A DNA stretch of 64,000 nucleotides. Origin: Candidatus Geocrenenecus huangii. Its GTDB lineage: Archaea > Thermoproteota > Nitrososphaeria_A > Caldarchaeales > Wolframiiraptoraceae. The translations under genes were made by a program, and so were the position numbers. Numbering within the stretch: position 1 is the first letter of the stretch; every line of letters starts with the position of its first letter. Shown in pieces: positions 1 through 10,701 of the stretch. The notes below the pieces were generated by a model, which was given only the letters and a program-made list of their open reading frames with translations, did not search any database and had not been told where the DNA came from. The stretch covers positions 134,594 to 198,593 of the forward strand of contig JALNLM010000002.1 in the NCBI GenBank assembly GCA_023254095.1. The letters are read 5' to 3'.

Positions 1-17
1 AGAAACTAGGAGAATAC

Positions 18-1217
18 TTGGAAGATGTATGGAAGTGTATAAGATGTGGATTCTGCAATAGTGTATGCCCGACATCCACCATATCCAGAGCCTTCATGGC
101 CTCCCTAACTTCGAGAGGTAGGCTGATACTTCTCCAAGCCTATTTCTCAAACATCCTAGATAAGTCTCTATCGGATGAGAAGATACAGGAATTGATGGAG
201 TACTGTTTTGGATGTAGAAGATGCATGGAGGTCTGCCCACCCGGCGTCAGGATACCAAATTTAATCTGGAGAGTAAAACAATTCAATAGGGAGAGAAGTT
301 ATCTTAGAAGAACGATACTCATCCGTTATGGTAGTATGCTGAAGCTGCTCTCTAGCGTCTCCAGCTTATCGAATCTTCTTCTACATTCATACATAGGGAA
401 ACTATTGCTTGAAGTAGTTGCTGAAATAAGTAGGGATGTGGATTTTCCCACATTCTATACTAGTCTAGAGAAGTGGATCAATAAAAGAGAGAAACGTCAA
501 AGTCATAGAGGAAAGCTAGCGTACTTTATAGATGTATTCACAAATTATCATGAAGTAGATTTAGGGAAGAAAATCGTTGGATTAGTTGAAAATCTCGGAT
601 ACGTCGTTGTGGCCCCATCTCAAAGAGAAGCTGGAACACTTCTCTTAGAAGAGGGATTAATAGATGAAGCTTACAGGATCGCGAAGGAGAATACTGAAAA
701 TCTTTATTCAGCTATTCAAGATGGGGCCAGAGTATTGACTAGTTCACCGGCTGCATATCTCGCTCTAAAAAAAGACTATCCTGAACTTCTAGGCGACAGT
801 AAATCGAGAATAGTCTCCGAGAACACGATAGACATAATCGAACTCTTATTAAAAGAATACGAAGAAGATGCGATAGACTTTGATAAGAACCCAGAGGCCC
901 AAATCGTCTATCATCATAGCTGTTTTACTAAAGCTTCTGGATTAACCAAAGATATTAGAAGGTTGTTGACGTCGGCTGGATACACGTTAAAAGAAATTGA
1001 CAGGTGTTGCGGTATCGGTGGGGTCTGGGGGATGAACAAGAAACATCATTCAGAATCGATCGAGATTGGCTTAAACTTGTTTAATGAGTTAAAAAGGATG
1101 AAATTGCCTGTTGCTTCCCAGAGCGAGACCTGCAGGTTCCAGATAAGAAACAATTCTTCAGTAGAGGTTAGACACCCATTCTCCTTTATAATGGATAGGG
1201 TAAAGATAAAAAATTAG
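18..1217 (+). CDS. Fe-S oxidoreductase, GlpC/GlcF-like (two 4Fe-4S motifs plus CCG domains); probably 5'-truncated by the window edge
   Basis: CIRCGFCNSVCP and CFGCRRCMEVCP ferredoxin motifs, C-terminal CCG; frame is open back to the window start. Confidence 0.8.
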   Translation: MEDVWKCIRCGFCNSVCPTSTISRAFMASLTSRGRLILLQAYFSNILDKSLSDEKIQELMEYCFGCRRCMEVCPPGVRIPNLIWRVKQFNRERSYLRRTILIRYGSMLKLLSSVSSLSNLLLHSYIGKLLLEVVAEISRDVDFPTFYTSLEKWINKREKRQSHRGKLAYFIDVFTNYHEVDLGKKIVGLVENLGYVVVAPSQREAGTLLLEEGLIDEAYRIAKENTENLYSAIQDGARVLTSSPAAYLALKKDYPELLGDSKSRIVSENTIDIIELLLKEYEEDAIDFDKNPEAQIVYHHSCFTKASGLTKDIRRLLTSAGYTLKEIDRCCGIGGVWGMNKKHHSESIEIGLNLFNELKRMKLPVASQSETCRFQIRNNSSVEVRHPFSFIMDRVKIKN

Positions 1218-1298
1218 ATCATCAACATCTTTCCCGTTCTCAAGTTGAGATAGACATATTATCTTAAAAGCCTGAAGAATGTTAAACGAGATTATCCC

Positions 1299-2744
1299 TC
1301 ATTGTGTTGGTCTAGCGCTTATCCTTACTTTTCTGAGTCTAACGTCTGGTCCTCCAAACCAGACAGGTATAGCTTGCATGGGCTCGCTCTTACCACAATA
1401 CCCAGCTTTAAAGAAAAGCTTTCTTCCAATAGCATCTATTGAAGAATAGAAATCTCTTGTCGTAATCTCTAGCACGGGGTTTCTCACAGGTTCACGAATT
1501 TCTCCATCAACAATCTTGTATGCCTCTACACCTACATATCTCTGATTCCATCTCTTATCATCTATATTCCATTCCTGGTTTGACTTAATGTATACCCCTA
1601 GTGAGATGTCTTCTAACAATTCATGGAAAGTGTAATCCCCAGGCTTCATGAACGTGTTAGCCATCCGTATTATAGGTTCACGATCATATTGGCTTGCCCT
1701 CGCAGAACCATTACTTTCAACGTTGAACACTTTCGCCGTCTCTCTATTATGCAGGAGCTCATTTATTACTCCATTACCAATTAAGACCCTCTCCCTAGCT
1801 TCTACGCCTTCCTCATCATATAGATAGTAGCCAAAAGATCCAGGGATCCTAGGATCGTCGACGACAGTCACAATTTCTGAACCTATTCTTTCACCAATCA
1901 TGTTAGGCTTAACGTACGTTTCACCTGCTTGTGCTGCTTCTCTACCCAATACTCTATCGGCTTCAGCTGGATGTCCGGCCGACTCATGACATATCAGTCC
2001 TACAACCTCTGACCCGACTACTACGTCTACCACATCCTTCGGAGGCTCAACACCATTAAGAAGTATATTACATAGATTCTCTACTTCGTCTCTTAATGTT
2101 TCTACTAGATTCCATTTTTCTACTGCTTCCCAGCCTCTGGATTCTCCTAGCTCCTGTATCCTCTGGAGGGTTCCTTTCTGAGGGTGGTATAGAGTTAAAA
2201 TGTAGCTGGCCATAGTCCTTGGAACGATATGTACTACATCTGCGCCATCACTATTTACAACATGTTTCTCTAACTCCCATTTCTCAAAGGTTAGTATTCT
2301 GGAGGGAAGCTTCACCCCAATCTTATCTGAAGCTTCAAGAATACTTCTATCTATATCTCTCAGGTATTCTATTTTGTCTTCCGTGTCGATTGTAGACCAT
2401 TTGACTCTTGGCTTTATATTGACAGACCCTCTACATATCCTTCCTTCTCCTAGCGACTCTCCCTTTACGATTATCTTAGAAGCAGCTCTAGACATAGCGA
2501 TAGCATCTTCTATGATCTTTCTGACAGATGCTTTAGTCAACGTGCTTGTAGATGCGAAGCCAAGCGAGTTCCCGACCAGTACTCTTACAGCTATGCCTTT
2601 ATGGATAGATGATGCGGAGATCTCTGGAACGCCGTTCTTAAGCATTACTGATTCTACGGAATCTTTCTGGTATCTGGCTTCGGCATAACTTGCCCCAATG
2701 CTTAAAGCATAATCTATAGCCTCCCTCAAGAAATCCTCGAACAT
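1299..2744 (-). CDS. tldD: TldD/PmbA family metalloprotease (TldD type)
   Basis: HESAGH (HExxGH), EADR, GYCGK and RMANT motifs; ATG at 2744 (TTG at 2759 is an alternative). Confidence 0.9.
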   Translation of the reverse strand: MFEDFLREAIDYALSIGASYAEARYQKDSVESVMLKNGVPEISASSIHKGIAVRVLVGNSLGFASTSTLTKASVRKIIEDAIAMSRAASKIIVKGESLGEGRICRGSVNIKPRVKWSTIDTEDKIEYLRDIDRSILEASDKIGVKLPSRILTFEKWELEKHVVNSDGADVVHIVPRTMASYILTLYHPQKGTLQRIQELGESRGWEAVEKWNLVETLRDEVENLCNILLNGVEPPKDVVDVVVGSEVVGLICHESAGHPAEADRVLGREAAQAGETYVKPNMIGERIGSEIVTVVDDPRIPGSFGYYLYDEEGVEARERVLIGNGVINELLHNRETAKVFNVESNGSARASQYDREPIIRMANTFMKPGDYTFHELLEDISLGVYIKSNQEWNIDDKRWNQRYVGVEAYKIVDGEIREPVRNPVLEITTRDFYSSIDAIGRKLFFKAGYCGKSEPMQAIPVWFGGPDVRLRKVRISARPTQ

Positions 2745-2871
2745 CAAGATAGATAACAAAATTGCAGAATTAATCTATTTCTATTAAAGGAAGACATAAG
2801 ACATAGATTTTACGAGAATTATATCATACTGCCAAGTGGAACTTTTTAAACAGCATTACCATAATAAAAAT

Positions 2872-2902
2872 CATGCATATGAAAAACTTTTTCATATGCA
2901 TG
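2872..2902. repeat. Perfect 31-bp inverted repeat (15-bp arms, 1-nt spacer)
   Basis: CATGCATATGAAAAA-C-TTTTTCATATGCATG read directly. Confidence 0.9.
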
Positions 2903-2918
2903 GGTCTGGAGAAAATGG

Positions 2919-3758
2919 TTAGGCTTTCTTTCTTTTTATCACTATTGCTATTATAGCTATTGATGCAGAGGCTATGGCCACTAATAGAGATATGAGTCTT
3001 TGTAGGCTCAAGTTGTCAAGTTCTGCTTGGGTATTGTTTAGTTTTTCTTGGAGGGTGTTTATCTCGGTAACCAATTTAGAGTGTTCTTTAGATAATGCGT
3101 CATATTTTGCTTTAGCATCCATTAGGTTATTCTCAAGTTCATGATTCTTCGATTCCAGTAAGGCTATCTCACTATCGGATTCTTGTAGCTTCTGTCCACA
3201 CATGTTAAGAGAGTCCTGTAATGCTTGGTTTGCTTCTTTCATCTCTCCATAGACTTCTATAAATCTCCATGCTTGGTATGGTGTCAGGATTACAAATTTC
3301 GAGACTGTTATTAGCTCATCATTAAAGTATACCTTCACAGTCCATAATCCAGTCTGCTCTTCATTGATGTTCCCGGCTATAGGTATACGCGACCAAGTCC
3401 ATAATCCACTATAACTCTCACTAGTTTCCTCTTTAAGCATAGTTGATGCGAATAGTTGTCCTTCGGGACTGTACCACTCTGTAGTTAGAATGAATGGCCC
3501 CCTGATCTCTTTGAATCGAATATACGAGTATACGTAGTTATCTGTTGTTAAAAACACTGCTCCAAGACCGGAATCAGTTATGAATACTGGTTCACCTGAA
3601 GGGATGCCTTTATCTACATTCCTAGCAAGCGTAGAGTATTCTATTTCGTAGCTAGCACCATTTACGAATGGCTCGACCAATGTTACACACATAAGCAGCG
3701 TCATCATAGAACAAAAAAGATAGATTGCCTTGTTGTTTACTCTTAAGATTTTTTTCAT
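2919..3758 (-). CDS. Secreted, C-terminally anchored protein with a beta-rich domain and coiled coil
   Basis: N-terminal signal peptide, beta-rich region (WYSPEG, GLWTVKVY), heptad-like stretch, C-terminal TM helix and KRKKA. Confidence 0.7.
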   Translation of the reverse strand: MKKILRVNNKAIYLFCSMMTLLMCVTLVEPFVNGASYEIEYSTLARNVDKGIPSGEPVFITDSGLGAVFLTTDNYVYSYIRFKEIRGPFILTTEWYSPEGQLFASTMLKEETSESYSGLWTWSRIPIAGNINEEQTGLWTVKVYFNDELITVSKFVILTPYQAWRFIEVYGEMKEANQALQDSLNMCGQKLQESDSEIALLESKNHELENNLMDAKAKYDALSKEHSKLVTEINTLQEKLNNTQAELDNLSLQRLISLLVAIASASIAIIAIVIKRKKA

Positions 3759-4105
3759 GATATATACTGTTTAAGCTACCATATATGTTTTCAAGATAGC
3801 TTTGGGAATTTAAAGGATAAGGATCTTGAGTAAGCCTCCTTATTAAGTAATCCGATTTTAGTCGTCTCTAAAATACTCTATTATAACCATATTCTCCAAA
3901 TAATTGTTAGAATATCTCTCTACTATTCCGGAAATTCGAATCCAAACAAAAATCACTTGGCTTAGGCTTTCCCGTAACCCTGCGTGAAGGTTTATTAACG
4001 ATGATTTACACCTTCGGATTTATGCTCATACTCTTTGCTCATTCTCTGAGAATATATTATTAAATTGGGTTATATATGGAAAATTTAGTCTAGATGGTGT
4101 CCTAA

Positions 4106-4534
4106 ATGTTGGAAGAAAGATCTGCAGGTGCAGTAGTATTCTATCTCTCTGAGGGTTTAATCGAATATCTTCTACTACATTATGAAGCAGGTCATTGGGA
4201 TTTCCCTAAAGGAGCTATCGAAGAAGGAGAAACCGAACTCGATACTGTTAGGAGAGAGGTATGGGAAGAAACAGGATTAGACAAAATAGAGATAATCAAA
4301 GATTTTAGGAAAGAGATTGAATACTATTATAGGAAACTCGGTGAGCTTGTTAGAAAACGTGTAGTCTTCTATCTCGCGAGATCAAATGTTAAAGAAGTCC
4401 GACTATCATATGAACACAAGGACTACATATGGTTAGATTATCCGAGAGCTATGAGGAAGCTTACGTTCAGAACAGCTAGAAATGTTTTAGAGGCAGCTCA
4501 TGCATACTTAACTCAACTTTACAAGGAAAAATAA
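4106..4534 (+). CDS. NUDIX hydrolase (Ap4A hydrolase type)
   Basis: Nudix box GAIEEGETELDTVRREVWEETG; HWDFPKG; SYEH. Confidence 0.9.
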   Translation: MLEERSAGAVVFYLSEGLIEYLLLHYEAGHWDFPKGAIEEGETELDTVRREVWEETGLDKIEIIKDFRKEIEYYYRKLGELVRKRVVFYLARSNVKEVRLSYEHKDYIWLDYPRAMRKLTFRTARNVLEAAHAYLTQLYKEK

Positions 4535-4564
4535 GAATGTTTAGAGACACGATGGTGATGGATA

Positions 4565-6319
4565 ATGATGAAGATTGAATCCTATGATAAAATCATGTCA
4601 ATAATAGAGGTACTCTCAATAGTCCTGCTTGCCTCAACCATCCTACTATCCATGGTGGGAGCTCAATCTCCAGAGCTAGTAATAAGGATTGTAGACCCAT
4701 CTGGTAATCCACTGGAAAGAGTCGAGGTCTCAATAACAAAAGGAGATGAAAGCTATAGATTCATAACTAATAGTACTGGATACGCGGTGTTCAGTAAAGT
4801 AACGGAGGGGACCTACAGTATCGTGGCGAAACTCGATAAAGTAGTCGTAGCGAGAGCATTCATAGACTTTCCGAAGGAAACGAGCAAGGTCGTGGTAGCA
4901 AATATCTCTACTGTAAAAATAAAGTTGCGTGATCTGGATGGAAAGCCTGTCCCATCTGCACAGATAAAACTATCAAGCAGGACCGGGATCACTGAATACA
5001 GTGCTATAACCAACAATGATGGTAAAGCAGAATTTAACAGGATCCCCTACACATCTCTAGATGACATCAAAAGTTACGAGTTAGCTGTTTATATCGATGG
5101 GTATAGGGTTCTGTATCTAAATGACCTAGAGATAATCTTTCCAGAACATGAGCTTAACTATAGTCTCCAGCTTTTAACATTAAATGTAACTACTCTGAAT
5201 ATGGAGGGCGAGGAGGTTAGTAGGGCCAATGTGAAGCTCGTTGCTGGGAATTATACAAAGACATTAAGGACGGACAAAGGAGTGGCGCGATTCACTCAGA
5301 TACCTTCATCAATCTTTGAGTGGGTTGGTCAGTACACGATAAACGTAACATATACTATCGGAAAAACAGAATACACAGTGTATTCCAGTAAGAGGATGCT
5401 AACTTCGTCTCAATCTATTGACTTAATATTGGGCCTCGGAAGGATTGAAGTAGCAGTGTTAGATGATGAAGGTAGACCATTAAAGAATCTAGCTGTCTCC
5501 TTGAGCAATCAGAGATCTCTGGACTTCATCCAGCAACAGACCGATGAAGATGGAAAAGTGGTATTTTCCAATATGCCTCTATCGAGAGATGTATCCGAGG
5601 CTGGAGAATACATGGTCCAGGTATACAAGTTGAATAAGAAGATAATAGAGAGCAAGGTCGACCATTCATCCGCCAAGACGACCCTCACTCTTAAAGTAGC
5701 CAGGTCAAGTGTTAACATATTCTTGAGAGATTACAATAAACAGCCATTATCTGGGTACGATGTTGTTTTAATAGATCTAGACCTAGGAGATCGCTACAAC
5801 GGTAAAACCAGCGTGGATGGGTCGATACTGTTCAAGATTTTACCTGGGAAGTACAGGATAGAACTATACAAAGATGGTAGAATATTGCATAGAAGCGAAT
5901 TGAATATATTAAATGAGTCTTTAACCCTGGATATTGAGAGCATTAACTTTCCACTAAATATAAGAATTGTAGACGCCTTCGGAAATGATGTAAGAATAGG
6001 TGAGTTGGTAGTCAAACTAGCCGGTGAAACACTCTACAGCGGCCCCATTGATAAGCTATCTAGCCTCACTATTCCACATGTAGGACTCGCAACCATAGAT
6101 GTAAAGATATCTGGAAGATTAGTTTGGAAAGAGACAATATTGGTGGATAGAGTTACGGAGCATGTTGTTAAACTTTCTAGCTACGTACTTCTACTCGGAA
6201 ATATAGTGTCTCTAGAGACCCTAGGGGTAGCAGCGTCAATATTCTCCTCCCTGATATTCGTAATACTCGGAGGCTATACCATATATAGAAGTAGGAAAAG
6301 AAGATTAATAACCAAGTAA
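4565..6319 (+). CDS. Membrane-anchored surface protein with tandem carboxypeptidase-regulatory-like (prealbumin-fold) repeats
   Basis: Signal peptide, repeated DxxGxPL...TxxxG motifs, C-terminal TM and basic tail. Confidence 0.75.
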   Translation: MMKIESYDKIMSIIEVLSIVLLASTILLSMVGAQSPELVIRIVDPSGNPLERVEVSITKGDESYRFITNSTGYAVFSKVTEGTYSIVAKLDKVVVARAFIDFPKETSKVVVANISTVKIKLRDLDGKPVPSAQIKLSSRTGITEYSAITNNDGKAEFNRIPYTSLDDIKSYELAVYIDGYRVLYLNDLEIIFPEHELNYSLQLLTLNVTTLNMEGEEVSRANVKLVAGNYTKTLRTDKGVARFTQIPSSIFEWVGQYTINVTYTIGKTEYTVYSSKRMLTSSQSIDLILGLGRIEVAVLDDEGRPLKNLAVSLSNQRSLDFIQQQTDEDGKVVFSNMPLSRDVSEAGEYMVQVYKLNKKIIESKVDHSSAKTTLTLKVARSSVNIFLRDYNKQPLSGYDVVLIDLDLGDRYNGKTSVDGSILFKILPGKYRIELYKDGRILHRSELNILNESLTLDIESINFPLNIRIVDAFGNDVRIGELVVKLAGETLYSGPIDKLSSLTIPHVGLATIDVKISGRLVWKETILVDRVTEHVVKLSSYVLLLGNIVSLETLGVAASIFSSLIFVILGGYTIYRSRKRRLITK

Positions 6320-6364
6320 CCCAATAAATATACTGGCGTACGCGCATTAATGGGTGAATAAGGA

Positions 6365-6670
6365 TTGGAATGGGTTCTTAGTAGAGAGCCCACTGAAATA
6401 TGCAACCCCCTCTGTAGATTCTTTAGATGCGGTAAAAAAGTTCTAGATTTCAAGAAGAATCCACCATGGTGCGGGTGGGTAAGTAGCCCCTGCATTGGCT
6501 TCAAATGTCCTTATTCTCAATGCATACAAGTCAAACTTTTACCAGACGGTAGATGTGGTTTATTCGTAAAAAGGAAGACAGTAGAACAAGAAGCTCCTGA
6601 GTTTACGAAACCATTAAAGGCTGACACGGTAAATCGAGTTAAAAAGAAACTTGATAAACTCGGAATATGA
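6365..6670 (+). CDS. Cys-rich hypothetical protein (putative metal-binding)
   Basis: Eight Cys in the N-terminal part; followed by a T-rich tract; start uncertain (TTG). Confidence 0.65.
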   Translation: MEWVLSREPTEICNPLCRFFRCGKKVLDFKKNPPWCGWVSSPCIGFKCPYSQCIQVKLLPDGRCGLFVKRKTVEQEAPEFTKPLKADTVNRVKKKLDKLGI

Positions 6671-6877
6671 CAAATCTATTAATTATTATTTTTTAGGGAT
6701 TCTCGAAGAACACGTACATGTCTCAGACCTAGCCTACCTATTCTATCACCTCATCGGGATAGTAACTCTATGTCGCCTGACAGATACAATACGTCATAGT
6801 TAGAAATAGACTTAGAAAATGATGTGGACTCATCGGAAAGAATTAATTTAAGTTTAACTCCTAAGAGAGGAGAAGTA

Positions 6878-9226
6878 ATGGCGGTTAGTATGAAGTTCGA
6901 GCCGAAGATTGTAGAAACAAGGTGGCAACCTTCATGGGAGAGCAAGATATATGAGAAATGGATCGAAGAAGGGATCTATAAACTTCGATTAAAACCTAAG
7001 AGGAGAATCTTCGTAATAGATACTCCCCCACCCTACCCGAGTGGTAGACCTTGGCATATAGGTGCTGCTGCACAGTACTCTCAAATAGATATGATTGCTA
7101 GAACCGCCAGGATGATGGGCGAGTCAGTATACTTCCCAATAGGTATAGATAGGAATGGGCTACCGGTTGAGCTATATGTTGAGAAGACTTACAAAATCTC
7201 TTTAAGAGATACAGGGAGAGAGGAATTCATCAATTTATGCAGTCATGCCCTAGACGATCTTGAATCTGAGATGATATGGATTATGAAGAGAATGGGGTTG
7301 AGCGGAGACTTCGAGAACTATTATAGAACTGACTCAGAAGAATATCGTAAGCTTACACAGGCGACATTTATTGAATTATGGAGACGTGGATTGGTCTACA
7401 CGGCCACTAGGCCGAATAATTATTGCTGGGAATGTGGAACCACATTAGCAGATGCTGAGATAGATTATGAAGAGATGCCTACAAGGCTAGTCTACATAAA
7501 GTTCAAGATAAAAGAGGATGGCTCCGATCTTGTCATAGCTACTACTAGACCTGAACTATTAGTCTCATGTAGAGCTGTGATCGTTAACCCTAACGATAAT
7601 AGATACGTCGACCTACATGGGAAGCATGCGGTAGTACCTATATATGGGCAAGAAGTGGAGGTAATACCTCATCCAGCTGCCAAGCCAGAGTTTGGGACCG
7701 GAGCTGTAATGGTTTGTAGCTATGGAGACTATACGGACGTCCTACTCTTTAGAGAGCTTGGGTTACAGGAAGTTATCGCGATAGATGAAGAGGGAAAAAT
7801 GACCGAAGTAGCTGGGAAGTATTCTAGCATGAAATTAGCAGAAGCTAGGGAAGAGATAATTAAAGATCTCCAAGAGGCAGGTCTCGTTGTTAAGATAGAG
7901 AATATAATACATAGAACGCCCATCTGTGAGAGAAGTAAGACACCAATAGAGATTATACCGATGAAGGAATATTACTTAAAACAATTAGATTTCGTAGATG
8001 ACCTACTTAAAGTAATTGATAAGATGAAGTTCCATCCACCCCACCACAAACGTCTACTGATAGACTGGATTAACTCTCTAAGAATAGATTGGCCGATAAG
8101 TAGGAGGAGATACTATGCTACGGAGATACCGATATGGTATTGTTTGAGATGTGGTGAACCTCACATCCCAGAACCTGGTAAGTATTATAGACCTTGGAGA
8201 GATAATCCGCCGTTCGATAAGTGTAGGAGGTGTGGAGGTGGCGAGTTTGTAGGAGAGCAGAGGACGTTCGATACATGGATGGATTCAAGCGTATCTCCAT
8301 TATTCATCTCAGGATACATGAACAATCGTAAATTCTTTAAGCTTGCCTACCCTAACGGTATAAGACCCCAGGGCAAGGATATCGTAAGGACATGGCTATA
8401 CTATACTGTTCTGAGATGCTATCAATTGACAGAGAAGCATCCATTCTACCATGTATGGATAGGTGGAATGGGGCTTGACGAACATGGTCAGAAGATGAGT
8501 AAAAGTAGAGGTAACGTAATAGATCCTGTCCCAATATTAGAGAAGTGGGGGGCGGACGTCTTCAGATTCTGGAGTGCTCAAGAAGCAAACTTGGGAGAAG
8601 ACTTTAGAATCTCTGAACAGAGAATACAGAATGCTGGAAAATTCATAACAAAACTATGGAATATTGCTAGGTATGTCTCATCCTTCCCTATCCCTAAAAG
8701 TGCAGAGCTGATGCCAAGCGATAAATGGATTCTCTCAGAACTCTCAAATACTATTAAGAAGAGTATGGAGGGTTATAGGGAATTCAACTTTTTCATCCCC
8801 TCAAACAGGATAAGATACTTTACGTGGAGCATATTCGCAGACCACTACATTGAATTAAGTAAAGCTAGAGCTTACGGTCTAGAAGGATTCAACCGCAAAG
8901 AACAAAAAGCGGCTTGGTATACCCTACACACTGTGCTTAAGACTACGCTATTACTTCTGGCTCCCGTAGCCCCCTTCATTACAGATGAGATATGGAGAAG
9001 ACTCTATTCAAAGAAGAGCATACACTTGCAGAGTTTTCCTGAGCCTATATGGTCTACACGTTACGCGAGATATACTGAGAAGATAGTAAATTTCAATTCT
9101 CGAGTTTGGGCCGTCAAGAAAGAAATGAACATCGCACTTAAAGACCCGATAAGTATTGAGATACCTAGAGATTTGAAAATATTTGAAAAAGACTTAATAG
9201 CGATGCACAACATAAAGAGAACTTAA
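6878..9226 (+). CDS. valS: Valine--tRNA ligase
   Basis: DTPPP, HIGA (HIGH-like), ATTRPE, DWPISR, DTWMDS, KMSKS; GAGGAG SD before ATG 6878. Confidence 0.95.
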   Translation: MAVSMKFEPKIVETRWQPSWESKIYEKWIEEGIYKLRLKPKRRIFVIDTPPPYPSGRPWHIGAAAQYSQIDMIARTARMMGESVYFPIGIDRNGLPVELYVEKTYKISLRDTGREEFINLCSHALDDLESEMIWIMKRMGLSGDFENYYRTDSEEYRKLTQATFIELWRRGLVYTATRPNNYCWECGTTLADAEIDYEEMPTRLVYIKFKIKEDGSDLVIATTRPELLVSCRAVIVNPNDNRYVDLHGKHAVVPIYGQEVEVIPHPAAKPEFGTGAVMVCSYGDYTDVLLFRELGLQEVIAIDEEGKMTEVAGKYSSMKLAEAREEIIKDLQEAGLVVKIENIIHRTPICERSKTPIEIIPMKEYYLKQLDFVDDLLKVIDKMKFHPPHHKRLLIDWINSLRIDWPISRRRYYATEIPIWYCLRCGEPHIPEPGKYYRPWRDNPPFDKCRRCGGGEFVGEQRTFDTWMDSSVSPLFISGYMNNRKFFKLAYPNGIRPQGKDIVRTWLYYTVLRCYQLTEKHPFYHVWIGGMGLDEHGQKMSKSRGNVIDPVPILEKWGADVFRFWSAQEANLGEDFRISEQRIQNAGKFITKLWNIARYVSSFPIPKSAELMPSDKWILSELSNTIKKSMEGYREFNFFIPSNRIRYFTWSIFADHYIELSKARAYGLEGFNRKEQKAAWYTLHTVLKTTLLLLAPVAPFITDEIWRRLYSKKSIHLQSFPEPIWSTRYARYTEKIVNFNSRVWAVKKEMNIALKDPISIEIPRDLKIFEKDLIAMHNIKRT

Positions 9227-9323
9227 TTTTCTCACAGTATCAGGATGCTGCGAGCTGACATGTTAAGAACGTTTGGGTAGCTGAAGAATTTTACAATGAT
9301 GGGGTCAAGATTATCAACATAGA

Positions 9324-9812
9324 TCAAACAATACGGGCATTCTCTAATTTCAGTAGTTTTCTCTTAAGCCAACTCATTCTTCCATATCTTCCTAGTGAAT
9401 TGTTATTCCTAATCACGCGGTGGCATGGGATAATCAGTACGGCGGGATTGTGCGCAATAGCTGTACCTACTGCTCTAGCCGCTTTCGGATTACCGATCTC
9501 GCTCGCAACCCATTTATAGCTTCTAACCTCTCCATAAGGTATCCGTTTAACTGTTTCCCAAACTTTCTTCTGGAAAACCGTTCCAGAGATATCTAGCGGA
9601 TAATCTAGTTGAGTAAACTCTCCCCGGAAATAACCGTCGAGCATTTCTTCCAAGTCTACCAATCTCTCATGATTGTATTCCAGCGAAGAAGATTTAAGAT
9701 ATTGTTTGAACTCTATCTCATCTCTATAGAAATCCATCTTTCTCAATCCTTTATCGGTCCATATATATGCCAATACAACGTCGAAGGGGGTTTTATAGAT
9801 GCTGAAATTCAT
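9324..9812 (-). CDS. ogt: Methylated-DNA--protein-cysteine S-methyltransferase
   Basis: IPCHRV active site, AARAVG helix. Confidence 0.95.
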   Translation of the reverse strand: MNFSIYKTPFDVVLAYIWTDKGLRKMDFYRDEIEFKQYLKSSSLEYNHERLVDLEEMLDGYFRGEFTQLDYPLDISGTVFQKKVWETVKRIPYGEVRSYKWVASEIGNPKAARAVGTAIAHNPAVLIIPCHRVIRNNNSLGRYGRMSWLKRKLLKLENARIV

Positions 9813-9852
9813 CAGTAAAGTTTAAGCCTAGATATTGATAAGTTTTTATAAC

Positions 9853-10578
9853 ATGATAGGAGAGCCGATTCACATTTTAGCTAAACCTGGGGAGGTAGCT
9901 GGAAAGGTTGTAGTCGCAGGTGATCCTGCTAGAATTGACTACATAGCACGAATGCTAGAAGAAGCAAGATTAATCTCTTCTAATAGAGGCCTCAACACTT
10001 ATACAGGCAGATACAAAGATACCTTGATAACGGTTTCTTGCCATGGTATAGGTGGCCCATCCACAGCTATAGTCTTCGAAGAATTAACAATGCTTGGAGC
10101 GAAAACAATTATTAGACTCGGCACTGCAGGCAGCTTGATAGAAGACCTAAACCCAGGAGATATCGTCATACCAAACATTGCATGTTACTACAAGGGAGCT
10201 GGCACTCTATCTGCATACATGCCTGGGCTAGCCCCTCCTGCCGCCCCCTCCTATGAAGTTTTAGAGATGTTAGTAAACGAAGCAAGAAAAAGTCTTAAGA
10301 AATTTACCGTAAGTCCGGTTGTTTCTAGCGATGCATTCTATGCTGAAGATGAAGAATTCATATCTAGGTGGGTTAAAGTTGGTGCAGTAGCGGTAGAAAT
10401 GGAGTGTGCGACAATTTTTGCTCTTGGATATCTTCGTAGAGTAAAAACAGGCGCGATCTTGATTGTAACAGATAATCTTGTAAACAAGAGCAGAGTAAGA
10501 GAAAAAGAAAAGATAAATGAATGGGTTCAACAAGCTGCGAAGATAGTGTTTGAATCATTAAGAAAGATCGAAACATAA
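9853..10578 (+). CDS. deoD: Purine nucleoside phosphorylase (DeoD/PNP-UDP family)
   Basis: GDPAR, HGIGGPS, RLGTAG, SSDAFY, VEME motifs. Confidence 0.88.
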   Translation: MIGEPIHILAKPGEVAGKVVVAGDPARIDYIARMLEEARLISSNRGLNTYTGRYKDTLITVSCHGIGGPSTAIVFEELTMLGAKTIIRLGTAGSLIEDLNPGDIVIPNIACYYKGAGTLSAYMPGLAPPAAPSYEVLEMLVNEARKSLKKFTVSPVVSSDAFYAEDEEFISRWVKVGAVAVEMECATIFALGYLRRVKTGAILIVTDNLVNKSRVREKEKINEWVQQAAKIVFESLRKIET

Positions 10579-10701
10579 CATTTTGCAAGATCAGATAAAG
10601 AGTATTGCCGTTAAGAAGGAAGCCTGATTATAGAGAATGTTTAGAGTATGTATTTATCCGTATAGATTGTATATAGCTCAACGTTTTTTATTCTTAAATA
10701 T

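Noticed and set aside
3780-4100. Long intergenic gap with ATGATTT...CTGA (4001-4049) as a possible C/D sRNA or pseudogene
   Set aside because: C box is degenerate, internal box spacing is wrong, and short translations resemble no family I recognise.
6715-6800. Minus-strand GTGATAG...CTGA as a possible C/D sRNA
   Set aside because: No convincing C box at the right distance and no recognisable guide.
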